64,000 bases of DNA from Lama glama (taxonomy: Eukaryota), in contig CM052817.1 in the NCBI GenBank assembly GCA_028534125.1, forward strand, positions 43,154,001-43,218,000. The letters are read 5' to 3'. Within the stretch, counting starts at the first letter, position 1. Every line of letters begins with the position of its first letter. Of this stretch, positions 39,120 through 52,009 are shown one piece after another. The notes beneath the pieces are model-generated. The model ran no database searches and was not told where the DNA came from. It saw nothing but the letters and a program-made list of their open reading frames with translations. The position numbers and the translations under genes are program-made.

Positions 39120-39140
39120 GTGTGCGCATGCGCGCGCATG
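39076..39140. repeat. (TG)21 microsatellite plus adjacent alternating purine-pyrimidine CG-rich tail
   Basis: Directly visible. Confidence 0.95.
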
Positions 39141-40069
39141 GGCGTGAAGGTTTTGAATGGGATGTGAGTACCACCCCTTCTGCAGACCCTAACTTCCACC
39201 CCTGCCCTCCTTGGCTTGGTGCCTTGATTTGGACATATCTGTGGCTTTACCAGCTTGAGTCAACCTAAGCCCTGTCTCTCTATCAAATCAAAGGAATTAG
39301 ACAGTAAGGAAAAAATAGGGTAAATTTGTAGATGTAGACCTAGGGAAGGCTTCACAGAGGAGGTGACACTTAAACTGATGGTATACAATCTAGAAGGAGA
39401 AGACAGCTCGTGTTGAAGAAATCTACTTAATAAAGTTAGATCACTAGGTAAGAGGTGAGAGATGAGGCTAGACAAAAAGGTAGGGGCCGTCTCTGGTAAT
39501 TTTTAAATCCATGTCTATCTCTGTTTATTCTGATTCAATTCGTCTAGAATGGGGCCTGGACTTAGATATGTTTTGAAAACTCCCCAGATGGTTTCAATAT
39601 ACAACTGGCTTGGGAACCACCGTTCTAAACAGACACTGAAGTAACGGGATCGTGACAGAGTTGAATGCGGGTGGGATAGCCTAGAGAGAAACTAAAATGC
39701 AAAGAGAACCTTGAAAGTGCCATGAGAGTTGGAAGGCAGTAGTGTCTGGAACTCAGGAAAGAGGGACTGGCCATCCATGTCAACATGCAAGAGGTCAGGA
39801 CTGGGCCTGAGAAGAGACTATTGGATTTTTCTTATTAGTATTATTTATAAGAGGAACTTCAAGTTACTCAGATCAGAGTCACATGTGTCAAGGGGCGATC
39901 AAAGTTAAAGGGGAGAAGATATTTGGCTGAGAAGAGATGATCACTGTAGGAAACATGGGGGCTTTTATAATTCAGCATAGAAGTGACTTGAAATGTTTCT
40001 ATGTTAAGAGGAATGGATTTGTTTTACCAATAGCATGGATGAAAGTAATTTATGTGTTCTACATTACAG

Positions 40070-40560
40070 TAAGCCCAACATGAGTGGATCCTATGACCTG
40101 ATCACCACTAGAGCATATATGGTGAGAGTACACTGCCACTCTGACCACTGGGTTAGGATAGGAGTATGTCATCCTGGTAATAAGTCGGTTGTGACCCTTT
40201 TCTGTTCAGCACTGGTCGGATCACACCCAGAGAACTGTATTCCACTAACACCTTTTCGGAGGTTTATCAACAAACTGGGGGCCATTCAGAGAAGAGTGAC
40301 ATTAGAGGGAATCAAAACTATGTCAAGTGATGGATAGTTGAAAAACTTGGGAATATTTTGCCTGGAAAAAAAAAGATTTGAGGCGACATAGTATTTTATA
40401 TATTTGAAGACCATGATATGGAAAATGAAGGAGACATTCTATAAATGCTTGGGAGACTATTCTTAGGCTGTCACCAAAGCAAAATTACCCTGGGGGCCTA
40501 GAAAAATAGGAAGAGCTTTTTCCCAAGTCAGAATAGGAATTCTACTGGAATAGAGAGGCA
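40070..40560 (+). mobile_element. L3/CR1 LINE remnant (C-terminal ORF2 region)
   Basis: Translation LFCSALVGSHPENCIPLTPFRRFINKLGAIQRRVT resembles the CR1 motif LYSALVRPHLEYC...IDKLERVQRRAT. Confidence 0.75.
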
Positions 40561-42989
40561 AGGACATTCTTGAGAGAAGCCAAATTAGATGATTTATATT
40601 ATAAGAGGATAAGTATGTATGGAACAAGAGAATTAGTGTTCAGTGACCAAGGAGGTAGAGAATAAATCAAGGCAAAGCACTCCTCCTAAGCTTGGGAGGC
40701 AATATGGTTGCTTTAAGGAACTGAAGTATGAAGGACAATACAAATCAAAAAGGAAACGGGAATCTTAATATTAGGTAAAAACTGAGGGTATAGACTTTAT
40801 GAACTTATTCCTCCATATCTAGAGGTATCAATATGTCTATATGTAAAGCATGTTCATTATTGCAGAAGATTCAAACAGTATATAAGCATAAAAACAAAAA
40901 GAGTATTGTTTTTACATTTGAGGCCTTCCAGTGAATGAAACGTATTACTCATTCCAGTTTTGAAACAATGAGAGTTAAGAATCAGGCATACAGACACCAA
41001 GATGTCAGTTTTGTTATTGCTAGAACTACCGTAGGATGTGGCGTAGCAGGGAGGCAGCAGTGGGCTTGGTAATACCAAACTCTAGGACAGTCACTGAGGC
41101 CTTGGGAACCCTACACAACCACAGTCTCCTCTCCTAGGAGGGTCCATCCCCATAACTTACAGCATGGAATGAAAGAGCAGAAGAGTGGTTTCTGCTGGAG
41201 TCTGATTCCAAATAGAGGGAAAGAAACAATGCAATTGAGTCACACCTGTTCACTTCTTCAAACCTACCAATCTACTCCTTCACCCAGGAGTGGTATTTCT
41301 CTAACACCTACTCCTCACCTGGAAGTAAGAGTTGGAGAGAATATGCATATTCCTCCATATCACCCAGAGCCTCCAAGGAGTGGAATAAGGAATAAGGGTC
41401 AAGAGGTCAGAGATGTAAGGGAAACTGTTCCCACAATGCAACACAAGAATTAGGAGTAACTTATTTCCATCAACCTCCCCACAGGAAACCACTGTTAACA
41501 GTTTGGTATTGTTTGAAATTTATGCTTCCAGTCTTTTTTTTAGGCAGATGGATATAAAGTTTACAGGTTTTTCTGTACAAAAATCAGTGTATTACATAAA
41601 CTATTTTACAACTTTTTTCTTTGCTTAATGATATATTTGTAGATTTCTTTTTTCCCAAATATGTATATATGTCAGACATATCCTTTGTAATAATGCTTAG
41701 AATTTCAGTGAGTTACAGGTTTTTCTATGAACTGACATTTAAGTTCTTCCAAAATTTTTATTACTATTAAAAATAATGCCAGGAACAGGATTGTTTATAC
41801 AAGGAGACTGACAAATAGTGCAATTTCAGGTGTCATGAGCTGCTTGCTGCTTAACACTCTCAAGCCTAGACTGGAAGATGACTCAGTAGGTACCATTAGA
41901 GACTGTGGGAAACTGCAGATGAGCAGTTAGAAGGCATGACAGTTGTGAACTCCCCCAAAGAGTAGAACTCCAGCAAGTGAAAAAATTGTATATTGCCCAG
42001 TTGTAAAGTTCTTCAGCCTTGACAACTTAGAGCTGCCTCACGTGCATTTGCTCAAATTGCTGGCAAGTGTACTTCTGTCCATTAACAGACCTTCCCCCCA
42101 TCATGTCTGTATTGTCTTGACTTACTAACTCAGCAAGAGATTTCCTGACCAACGTTTCCAAGAAACCCAGGGAAGAAATTACATCAGCACATGACCTTTG
42201 AATCCAGCATCTCAGCTGTTTTACCATTTGCTAATGAATTTTCTCAGTGCCTCTGCAAATCAGATCATCATGATAAGGGAAGTGCCAGCCAAGTTTTTAA
42301 AGGCAATAACCAACATTACTTTTTGTTTCCAAGTGGGGAAAAGTGTGACTGTTTATACTCACTTCCGAGTGAATGTTTCCTCTTTTTCCTTAGTGAACCC
42401 AAATGTGGAGAGCCTTTGACAATATAAGCTTGTCAGCATTTCAGGAAATTTTTTTATAAGTAGGTGGTAAACAGATAAAAGGCTATTAATCCTGATGCTG
42501 TATGACTGAAGTTGCTGTTTTTGAAAAGAAACTCTAAAATAGTTTTTTTTTAACTTTTTATTTGGAAACAATTTTATCACAGAAAAGCTCCATGAATAGC
42601 ACAAGGAACATCTATAATACTCTTTACACAGATTCTTTCTCTCTCTCTTTTCATGTATATACACATATATGTATTCATAGATGTCTATATGGAGATATAA
42701 ATGCATATATGTACATCATACACACACATTTTTCTGAACTTTAAGAATAAGTTGTATATGTCTAGAGAGAAGAATATTCTCTTACACAGTCACAGTACAG
42801 ACTACAGCTTTTACCATTGCCTTTCTCCTTACTTAATTGAATAACAAATAAATTTAAATCTATATTTCTAGGTCTCTCTTTTCAATCAAAATTCAGAACC
42901 ATAGTTTAAGGACTTACCAGATATTTCTAATTTGCTTTTCTACAAGCATTCCACCTTTTACCCATGCCCATGCTTCAAACTTGGTAGGT

Positions 42990-43290
42990 CTCTGTCTTCT
43001 CTTGAATTTCCTTTGAAAAAAGAGCCAGAGGTAAGGACTTAGGTGCAAACTGTTTTTGAAAGAGATGATTCTAGGAAGACAGAGTGAAGCATAGGAGGGA
43101 ATGAGATGGGGAAGGAAGGAAAGCTGACATAAGGGAGCATTAGCAAGGTCACCTTGAGGTTAGGTCTTACATAACCTCCTGCAAAGCATAAGGAACGGCT
43201 CTCAGAATTGCCCACGTGAGATGATGATGTGCTGGAGCATTTAACCAGGTTCTTATCCCCCCATGGTTGAGAGTTACCCCTGGGAGAGTC
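42990..43290. mobile_element. LTR16-like ERVL LTR fragment
   Basis: aaagagccagaggtaaggacttaggtgcaa...gagatgattctaggaag...gggaaggaaggaaagc. Confidence 0.6.
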
Positions 43291-43299
43291 TTCATTTCA

Positions 43300-43832
43300 A
43301 AGCTGATTTTCAATTTATAAAGTATCTTTTCAAATTTGCTGTTAGTAATATTCAATTGAAATAAGAATTAGTAAATTTTTTTACTAGAAAGTCACATCAG
43401 ATCTAAAAAGGAACATGATTTGTCAATGTGGGTGCAAATATTAAAAGAAAATGATTTTTGGGGGTACTTATTTCAGTGACAAGAAAACTTTTAAGTATGT
43501 TTTGAATAGTTTAGATATGTGAATTTACTTTTCCAACTGTCAAAATTTATGAAATCTAAATTCACAAAATGTTTCTGATAAAAATTTAAGATCCAAATCA
43601 AAATAGTCTATAAATAAAACACACACTGGGTTTTAAAGACATTGTATAAAAATTTTAACAAGTATCTTAATAATTTTACTATTGATTATATGCTGAAATA
43701 ATATTTTTGATATAATAAGTAAAATACATTAACATTTATTTCACGTATTTCTTTTAACAATTTTTAATTTAGCTACTAGAAAATGTAAAATTATATGTAT
43801 GACTACATTAAATTTCGATTGGACAGTGCTGC
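43300..43832. mobile_element. Charlie1/MER33-like hAT element 3' fragment
   Basis: tttatgaaatctaaa...aaaacacacactggg...gctactagaaaatgtaaaattatatgt...ttggacagtgctg terminus. Confidence 0.7.
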
Positions 43833-43849
43833 CCTAGATAATTAATTGT

Positions 43850-45300
43850 AAAACTTAAATAACGATTAAGTAATTCAGTAGGATATAAAATTAATATGTA
43901 ACATTTAAATCTCTTAAATCTCAAATTTCTTAATGCATATTTACAGAGGTACCAAAAAAAAGATTGAATATTTAGGAACAGACCTTACAAAAAATGTTGA
44001 ATATCCATACAAAAAAAGCCGTAAAACATTCCTGAAAGACATCAAAGAAGACTGAAACAAATGGAAATACATCTCTTATTCTAGTTTCAAAATCATCAAG
44101 ATACCAGTTTTGTATATACGCTGCAACCTTAATGTTATACCAACAGAAACAGCAACACTTTTTTTCTGCAGCTAGACAAGTCGATTTGAAATAAAGTTCA
44201 TATGGAAAAATAAACATTCTGGAATATTTAGGAAAACATGGCAAAGTACGAGCTACAAAGGAGGACTCCCATGCCTGCTGTTGAAATGAACTGCAAGGCC
44301 TCTGTAATTAAAATCATGTGATACAAGCACATGCATAATCAAACAGACCAATGGAATAGAATTAGAAGTCCAGGAATAGACCCGACTACATATGGAAATG
44401 TCACATATGATAACTGTGGGAGCTCAAATCCCTGGGGCAAAGGTGGCCTTTTTTAATAAGTGCTGTTGAAACAACTGGGTAGCCATTTGGAAAAAAGATG
44501 AAATTAGATTCATTCCTCACATTTCACATAAAAACAGGCCCCTCATGAATCGGAGATCAAGATGTAAAAAATGAAACTGTACAAGTACTGGAAGGAAACA
44601 TGAATTCTAACTTTAACTTCAGTGTCGGAAAAAGCTTCTAACTATGGCTCAAAATCCAGATGCAAATATATTAATACGTTTCACTACATTTAAAAAAAAA
44701 ACACTTTTTCTTTTTTCGCATGGTTGCATGGGCGGAAATATACCATAAACAGGGTTGGGGGAAGGGTATAGCTCAAGTGATAGAGTGTGTGCTCAGTACC
44801 CATGAGGTCAGGGGTTCAATCCCCAGTACCTCCTCCAAGCAGAAATCAATGAAGAAATCTTTTTACCTCCCCCTCACAAAAAAGCAATACAAGCCAAAAA
44901 CAGGGTCAGAAACCAAACGGCAAACTATAAGAAAGTTTTTGCAGTATACAACAGAAATGAAGGACTAATGTCTCTAATAAAAATTTCTGAAATTTGAAAA
45001 AACATTTAAATCCTATTGAAAATGGGGAAAAGTCATGAAAAATCACTCACAAAAAAGATTCAAAACTGCGGTGTGTGATCCTGAACCAGATCTTGTATTG
45101 GAAGTGGAAAAAATGCTGTAAAAGACATTATTGGGACAATTGACAAAAACCAAAATGTAGACTATTGGTTGGAAAAACTATTTATTTTAAATTTCTTGAA
45201 TTTGATTACTACACTGTGGTTATGCAAGAAATATTCTTGTTCTTAGGAAATACACTCAAGCATTAAGGGGTGAAGGAGTAGGATATAAATGGCTCAGAAA
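43850..45300 (+). mobile_element. Old L1M ORF2/3' fragments
   Basis: aaacagaccaatggaatagaattagaagtccaggaatagacc...aacaactgggtagccatttggaaaaa. Confidence 0.85.
44757..44897 (+). mobile_element. tRNA-derived SINE, Vic-1-like (camelid)
   Basis: ggggaagggtatagctcaagtgatagag (A box)...ggggttcaatccccagtacctcc (B box), A-rich tail, TSD AAACAGGGT at 44747-44755 and 44898-44906. Confidence 0.8.
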
Positions 45301-45303
45301 AGA

Positions 45304-45327
45304 TGTGTGTGTGTGTGTGTGTGTGTG
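45304..45327. repeat. (TG)12 microsatellite
   Basis: Directly visible. Confidence 0.95.
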
Positions 45328-45367
45328 TTTCTAATGCCTGTTAGAGTTTGAGACCTACTGGTTTAGA

Positions 45368-45477
45368 GCAGGAGTCAGCAAACTGTTTCTGTAAAGGGCA
45401 GGACAATAAATATTTTCTGCTTTGGAGACCAGATGGTCTTGGTGGCAACTACTTGTCATTGTAGCAAAAAAGCAGTC

Positions 45478-45528
<51 letters not shown>

Positions 45529-45600
45529 AATGGCTGCATTCCAATAAACTTCATTTAGTAAGCAAGTGGTGGGATTTGTCCTCTCCCTGCCCTCCCTGCC
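45368..45600. mobile_element. MER58A element containing a (TA)n(CA)n microsatellite at ~45479-45528
   Basis: caggagtcagcaaactgtttctgtaaaggg...ccaataaaacttcattt. Confidence 0.8.
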
Positions 45601-45850
45601 CAGATCAGTTCAGGAGAAAGAAAAGACAGATATAGGGAAAATTGCAGTTTTTGCCATAAGTACTTAGCATAAGGCCTGGTATATCTGTTCTCCCTAAGGA
45701 GTTGATATTCTTTTTACTCCATCTGAATAGACTTTTTAAAACCTTTTACTTTGTAACTGAACATACAGAAAAATTGCAATAACAGTATAGATAATACCAG
45801 TATACCCTTTACCCAGATTCTCTACGTTTTAAACATGTTGTCTCATTTAC

Positions 45851-45898
45851 TTTCTTTCTCTCTCTTTCTCTCTCTCTCTCTCTCACTCTCTCTCCCTC
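45851..45898. repeat. (CT)n low-complexity tract
   Basis: Directly visible. Confidence 0.9.
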
Positions 45899-45904
45899 TA
45901 AGAG

Positions 45905-46660
45905 TAAAAGCTACATTTGTAGGCTCTTTTGCAGTTGGATGTGTCTGTATGACCATATACTAGGCAATTGGAAGTTTGCTACAGTGAGACTTGCAACTTC
46001 AGAGTGATGCTGTTAAAGGGAAGACACATGCCTGCTCGCCCCCTTCACCCCCCTTGCCAAGTGGAAAGTGTATATAGTGATGAATCATCCTGGACCAGGT
46101 GGACGAAGGCAGCTCTGTCGAGATAGAAGAAAGCAAATATAGAAGGAGCCTGGGTCCTTGCCTTGAATGCCGATACACAAGCTGTCTGTCTTATATAATC
46201 CACTGTTACTTTCGTCTCTGTCAGCACATCCAGGCTCTGTGACTTGGATACTCTAACGTCAGAAGCATTATCAGTATTCCCTGGTGGTTATGAGCGTAAA
46301 TTCCGGATCTAGCCTGCCTCCGTATAAATCCTGGCTCAGCCACTTGCCAGCTGTGTGGCTGTGGGGAATTATTCAATGTCCCTTAGCTCTCTCAGATTTG
46401 ACATGAGCACCTAACTCCTAAAGTCATTTTGATAATTAAATGACTTGTTATAGTTAAAGCACCCAGAGCAGGACTTGGTGGATGGACAGCAAGCATAAGT
46501 GTTACTTTTCACGTCTCAAGTCTTACTTCTCACCGATGCCTGAGAGGTGGGTATCATTTTGAACATTTGAAAGATGAGGAAGTTGAGCGTCAGAAAAACA
46601 AACTGACTTGCCTAAGGTTATTAATTAGTAAATAGTGGAGCTAGGATTCTGTCTCACCTC
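45905..46660. mobile_element. Old MaLR/ERVL LTR fragment followed by two MIRs in opposite orientation
   Basis: LTR-like ~45905-46245; MIR(+) ~46280-46500 (aaatcctggctcagccacttgccagctgtgtg); MIR(-) ~46530-46660 (agatgaggaagttgag). Confidence 0.55.
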
Positions 46661-47639
46661 CTTGAATGTGTCTATGCTGTTAACATCTGTAAAACACTGC
46701 TTCGACTGTAATAACGTAGAGCAACTCGATTGTTGGATTACCCCACACACAAACTAAGCACATACTGAAGGCATTCACAAAATGGGGCACTTCCCTCTGA
46801 TAATATAGAAAAGGAAATGTTTTGAGACATTTTATATTTTTAACATGGCATTAGAATGGTCATCTTAGGAAAAAAAAAATTTGCCAGCCTTTCTGATATT
46901 TATTTTCTGTTTTAGTGTTGCTTTTACTTGGATGAATGTAGGGGTGGGGATGGGCCCTAGAGTCAGGAGGAGCTCCATGCTTAGGGCCTTTCTTACAGGT
47001 GTTAACCAGCCCTGTTTGAATCAAAGATTCTAGTAATGTTACAAAGTGGGAGGTATCTTGTTTTGTAAGATTTTTATGTAACCCCGTGCAAATACTTTGA
47101 CCCAAGCACCATGCACTTCCAATGCAGACTGAAAACTTGATAAGCTCCCAAACATCTTAAAATATAGTTTAAGTGTACCTCCAACTGTAACTAAAGTGTT
47201 TGAGGGCTCTTAAACATCTATATAAATATTATCAGAGGTCCCCTGGAAACGTAGGTCTTTCTTTTGGAGATTTAGAACAGGGGAGTAGGGAAGAAGAATG
47301 TCAAGTGTTAGTCTTCTGTTTGCAATTTTTCTTATTTTTCCTCTCAGACACAAATTCTCTCATCCTCTAAACCTGTCATGCTTGCAAATTAAAGGCTTTA
47401 TATAATATTGTTATTGCACAATAGTGACTGGGAACTCAGGGTGCTAGGGGTCATCTGTTTGGAGTACCTGGCCTCTCAGGCTTTTATCCTGATGGATTAT
47501 TCTGGGATATAGAACACATACAAATCTTACACACTATTAATTTTGTAGTTCACACTTTATCTCAATATTCATTCTTTTAACATGTTGAAGCTGGAACTTA
47601 AGAAAAGCTTCATGAACGACATTATACTTAACATTTTTT

Positions 47640-47960
47640 TCAGTTTTTTGAGAAAATGTTTAATTTTTAAAAATACAGTCACAAAGTTCAAAAAGCAGAA
47701 AGCATACACTGGTATGTACTCCAAAAATCTCCCTTTCATCCTTGCCTCCCGAATATCCAGTTTTGTTCCCATCTTTTCTTAGTTTTAAAATGTATCCTTA
47801 CAAATTCTTTTCTTTGATATACAAGCAAATTCTAATACAGATTCTGATCTTCCTCCCTATTTTACACACCAGGTAGCATATTGTATATCCAGTTCCGCAT
47901 CTTGCTTTTTCTCAGTCACTCTATCAGAGCTCACGCCATATTAGTACATGGAGGTGCAGC
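47640..47960 (-). mobile_element. L1ME-type fragment
   Basis: ggtagcatattgtatatccagttccgcatcttgctttttctc. Confidence 0.6.
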
Positions 47961-48326
47961 ACAGAATAGCAATTAAGCACATAACATGTTAGAACTGCTG
48001 TATGTACATCAAAAATGAAATAGGGTTGGTTCTTCTATCATTCTCCAAATCCTCTGGGGATTGAACAGATTATAACTTTAATTATTTTGGCTAAAGCAAC
48101 AGTTCTGATCCAATCTAGATTCTCTTTTGTGGATGCCTAATGATAAGAAGTCTTGGGAACTAAATGTGATGAGAAAATGAAAGAAGGCAGACCAGCCACA
48201 CAGAAATCCAGACTCGGCTCTGAGTACTTTAAAGGGGATCGTCAGTGACTATATCAAGAGAAATAATGTATCTGTTGTACCAGTATCAGGGAGGTGGCAT
48301 AAGGAAAGCCATCTACTTGGTGTCAA

Positions 48327-48880
48327 TGAAAGGGATTAGAAGATGCTACCTCAAAGTATGCCACTTTAGCATAAGGATTATTTTGAGCTGAAGGCAATTA
48401 AGAAATAGACACAGGAGGAAATCTCAATCCTCCCTGTTTCTGAGTTAAAGCAAGACGTATAATCCCCTTTGGGAAGGTGTGCCCTTCCCCTCTCCAGCAC
48501 CAGGAGGAGAACAATCCTCACCACAGGAAACAGAAAGTCAGAACTGAGATGAGTCTGCATAAACAAAGCTTACTAAAGTAACCCTTAACTTCCATTAGAT
48601 TTCCCCATATATTATCTTCCCACAATTTACCATCCCTGGAAGCCCCAAACCCTCTACTTTGTGTTGACACTGTTCCAAAATTTAACACCCTTTGTTAAAA
48701 TGGTATATAAGCTTCCAGGTCTATCCACCTCTTTTGGTTTTCACTTTTTTTTTCCTGTGAAAACCACATGTGCATACCGAATAAACGTTTTCTCCTCTTA
48801 ATCTAGCTTTTGTCAGTTTAATTTGCAAGCCCCAGGCACTTACAATAAGAGAGTACAGGAAAAATTTTTCTTCCCCTACA
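48327..48880 (+). mobile_element. MER34-family (ERV1) solo LTR, full length
   Basis: TG...CA termini (tgaaaggg...cccctaca); MER34 signature tatgccactttagcataaggattattttgagctgaaggcaatt; TATATAA at 48704-48710; AATAAA at 48780-48785; flanks TCAA/CCAA. Confidence 0.85.
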
Positions 48881-49639
48881 CCAATGATATTGCAAAGAGT
48901 TCCCACTGATAACCACTGAGGAAGAAAAAAAGATGTAAAGATGCCAATTTGTTCTCTGACTTAGAACAATCACACTTGAACATGTATATTTAAAGTTATC
49001 AGCTCCAGTGGGTAAAGTTTTAATAGTCATTTTGCATACAAAACACTCTCATAATTACAGACTTGCATTTGATCCATTTTTTCTCCATTGCCATTAAGGC
49101 ATGAATATCTGACGCCTTGTTATCTTGTTTTTCCTATGGTAAAGGATAATTTTTTCAAAAAGAAACAATTTCATGACTTCCATACAAATATAAAATGGAT
49201 ATGTGTCATATATTTTCTTTATCTCATTAATTAATGAGGGAACCAGTAAGATGTAAAAGCCCGTTCAAAGGAGACTTCGAAGAACAGATACACATATAGG
49301 CATTCAGGAGCACTGAAATAAATTTGACAATAGAGGCAAAACTGGCCTCTTCCATACGGTGGAACTGATAGTACATTCACCTTGACAAAGTTGCATTTCT
49401 GCGAACAGGAATTGTTGGCATCACTATCAATTGTCTACAACTTACAGAAGTTGTAAAATAGCTCAGACCCTACAGAATGGGATAAACTCTGAAAGATGGG
49501 CTCTCTCGACAACACTTAGTATTCCATTAAAAGGACTCCTGGAAATCTAACTCTTTTTTTTTTTTTAATTTGCCCATTTCAAAATCTTTCACAAATTTTC
49601 CTCATAGACTGTTGCTGATCACACAGTGTCACCATAAAA

Positions 49640-49835
49640 GATAATCAACATATAAAGTAGATAAACAAGAAGTTTATACTGTATAGCACAGGGGACTATA
49701 TTCAATATCTTGTAATAACTTACGGTGAAAAAGAATATGAAAACGAATATATGTATGCTTATATATGACTGAAACATTATACTGTACACCAGAAATTGAC
49801 ACATTGTAAACTGACTATACTTCAATAAAAATACA
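49640..49835 (+). mobile_element. L1 3' end
   Basis: gtagataaacaagaagtttatactgtatagcacagggga...cattgtaaactgactatacttcaataaaaa. Confidence 0.85.
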
Positions 49836-51629
49836 TAGGGAGAACCAAAGGGAAAAAAAGACCATTAACAGGTTTAGAGAGTAGATATTTAATAGTCATT
49901 CTATAAAGGCTAATTGAATAGAGCAGTGTTTAAACTCTGGGCTAGAGTTGTAGAGTCTAACAGTTTATATTTCTCCGTTTTCCGTACCCAGAAGAGCAGT
50001 CTGCTGAGTAGAAGATATTATTAAAGTGAGGGGCAACTGAGCAGGACCTGCAGTCAAGCACCCTCCCCCTGGAACTCCCACCAGCCTTTGGCCTCATTCA
50101 GCCCCACATTGCTCTGAGGTATAACCAGCCACTAGGCAGGTTGCTGGGTAACTGTATGTTCCAGAAAGGGTCAGTCCTTTGCTGTCATTGCACCTTCTCC
50201 ACGGTGTCTCCTTTTCTTCCTCCTCCTCCTCTTGTTTTCTTCAATGAGAAAACTGGCAATCATTGTTTCCAAAGTTCAAGGACTGTTCTCAGGGTATCTG
50301 CTGACATCTAGGGAGAATATATAGCTACCAATATACAATTGGCACCACCCCGCCAAAGCCCATTAAAGGCAGGGCGAGTGGCGATTTTCACTCTGAGGAC
50401 CAGCTGCTATCAGTCGAGAGGATAGAAAGCAGTGTACTTGCAGGCTGTGTGGGATGTGAGGCTAAGAGATGATAATTAGCTCAGAAAAAGGAAAAGAAAA
50501 ACGGGGGAAAATGGGTGTCATTTTCTAAGAAATTAAGGTCTTGTTCTGCATTCACTGACTCATTCACACTCAGTTCATCGGTCCTGCAGTATCTATGCAT
50601 TTATGTAACAGGCCACGTGGCGCTCACTGGGCAAATACAGGCTATATTTTAACGGACTCTATTATTCCAATCTCTGGTTAGTTGTGCCTCCGTACTTGTT
50701 TCACTGTTATAGCATTTCTTCACGTCTTGTGGCTTTTAAAATGTGTTTGTCTATCTCCATTAGTAATATTAAAACCCCTTAAGGCAGTGGAGTGTCTCAT
50801 TAAACTTGATTTTCCACAGTGTTTAACCTAATTCTTGGCTTTTAATGGACTCTCTGTGAGTGTTTGTTGCTTTGGTTGATTTTTTTTTTAAAAAACCTCA
50901 AAACTATTTCGGTGATTGTAGAAGAGAAATTTAGCCAATTCTTTCCCTTAATAACTCACTGATACTAAACATATGCTAAATTAAGCTGTTTAAAAATTTC
51001 CAGGCCCTGTGAGCTACCAGGACTCACAAAGGGAGATCTTGAATGGGCCAGAACCTGCTGGGCAAGTCGTGGGCCCCCAGCCGCTCCCGCAGGACCAGCC
51101 TCTGCACACCTGGAGGGAAGGCTGTGCGTGTACTGACTTGCAGACTGGAGAGGGAAGTGAAGAAAAAAGCCTAAAAGCCCAGGTTCAGGGATTCATCTCT
51201 CTGCAGCCTTGCTTTCTCCTTTTATCACTTTAAAAATTGTGAGAGACTGTGGGTCTCATGCCAACCCTGGGGGCCCCAGGGTCAAGGTTGCACACGGGGC
51301 ACTTGTTTGCCAAACTTCCTGTCTCATTCCTGACTTTCCACAGCAAAACTGTTCTTTCGTGCTTTGTGGAGAAGCCCATGGTCTTATTTAATTTTTTAGT
51401 GAGGTTTCCACTGGCAGCTAACCATGTTGTTTTAGTCCCTTTTGAAAAGGAGTTTTACTTCATTAAATCATGGTGAAAAGAACATCATGTTTAATGGAAA
51501 GAAAACTAAAAATGGATATGTAAAATGAGTTGCTGCCCCAGAATGAGAATGAGAATGAGAATGAAGACGGATTGGAAGAAGCCTAGCAGCCCCAGGCTGG
51601 GAGGTGCCCCGTCCTCAGTGCACACCCTG

Positions 51630-51790
51630 GGGTCTTCTCCTGGACCTGTGGTTTGCGGCAGCATCACTCCTGGGAGCGTGATGAAAAGTTCAGAACTCCG
51701 GCCCTACTCCAGATTTAAGGAATAAAAATCTGCACTTTAACGTGAGCCCCAGGTGATTGTCTTCACTTTAAATTTTTGAGAAACGCTTGT
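51630..51790. mobile_element. MER5-like element
   Basis: cagcatcactcctgggag...aatctgcactttaac...ccccaggtgatt...tttgagaaac. Confidence 0.7.
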
Positions 51791-52009
51791 ATCAGGATGC
51801 ATTTGAATCCTAAACACTTCAAAGAAGGTCTTCCGGCTCTGCCCTGGGGGAACGTATTCCCCCCCCCCCCGTTTCTTCCAGGCTGGCCGTGTACTCGGTC
51901 ATGGTGGTGGAATAGAAAGGACCACTGTAGCCCGAACCAGCAATTATACTAGATCAGTGTTCAGACATCTAGAAGCTTCTCAGCCAAGAAGAGAGATTAT
52001 ATTGCGACA

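Noticed and set aside
40035..40337. 100-aa ORF as a novel gene
   Set aside because: Explained by an L3/CR1 ORF2 remnant.
44757..44836. tRNA gene
   Set aside because: Degenerate stems, A-rich tail and TSD indicate a SINE rather than a functional tRNA.
6444..51565. Short tandem/direct repeats (6444-6493, ~8228-8266, ~25372-25395, ~34149-34170, (GAATGA)4 at 51541-51564) as an array-type system
   Set aside because: Isolated two-to-four-copy slippage duplications with no repeat-spacer architecture; nothing CRISPR-like or prokaryotic in this eukaryotic window.
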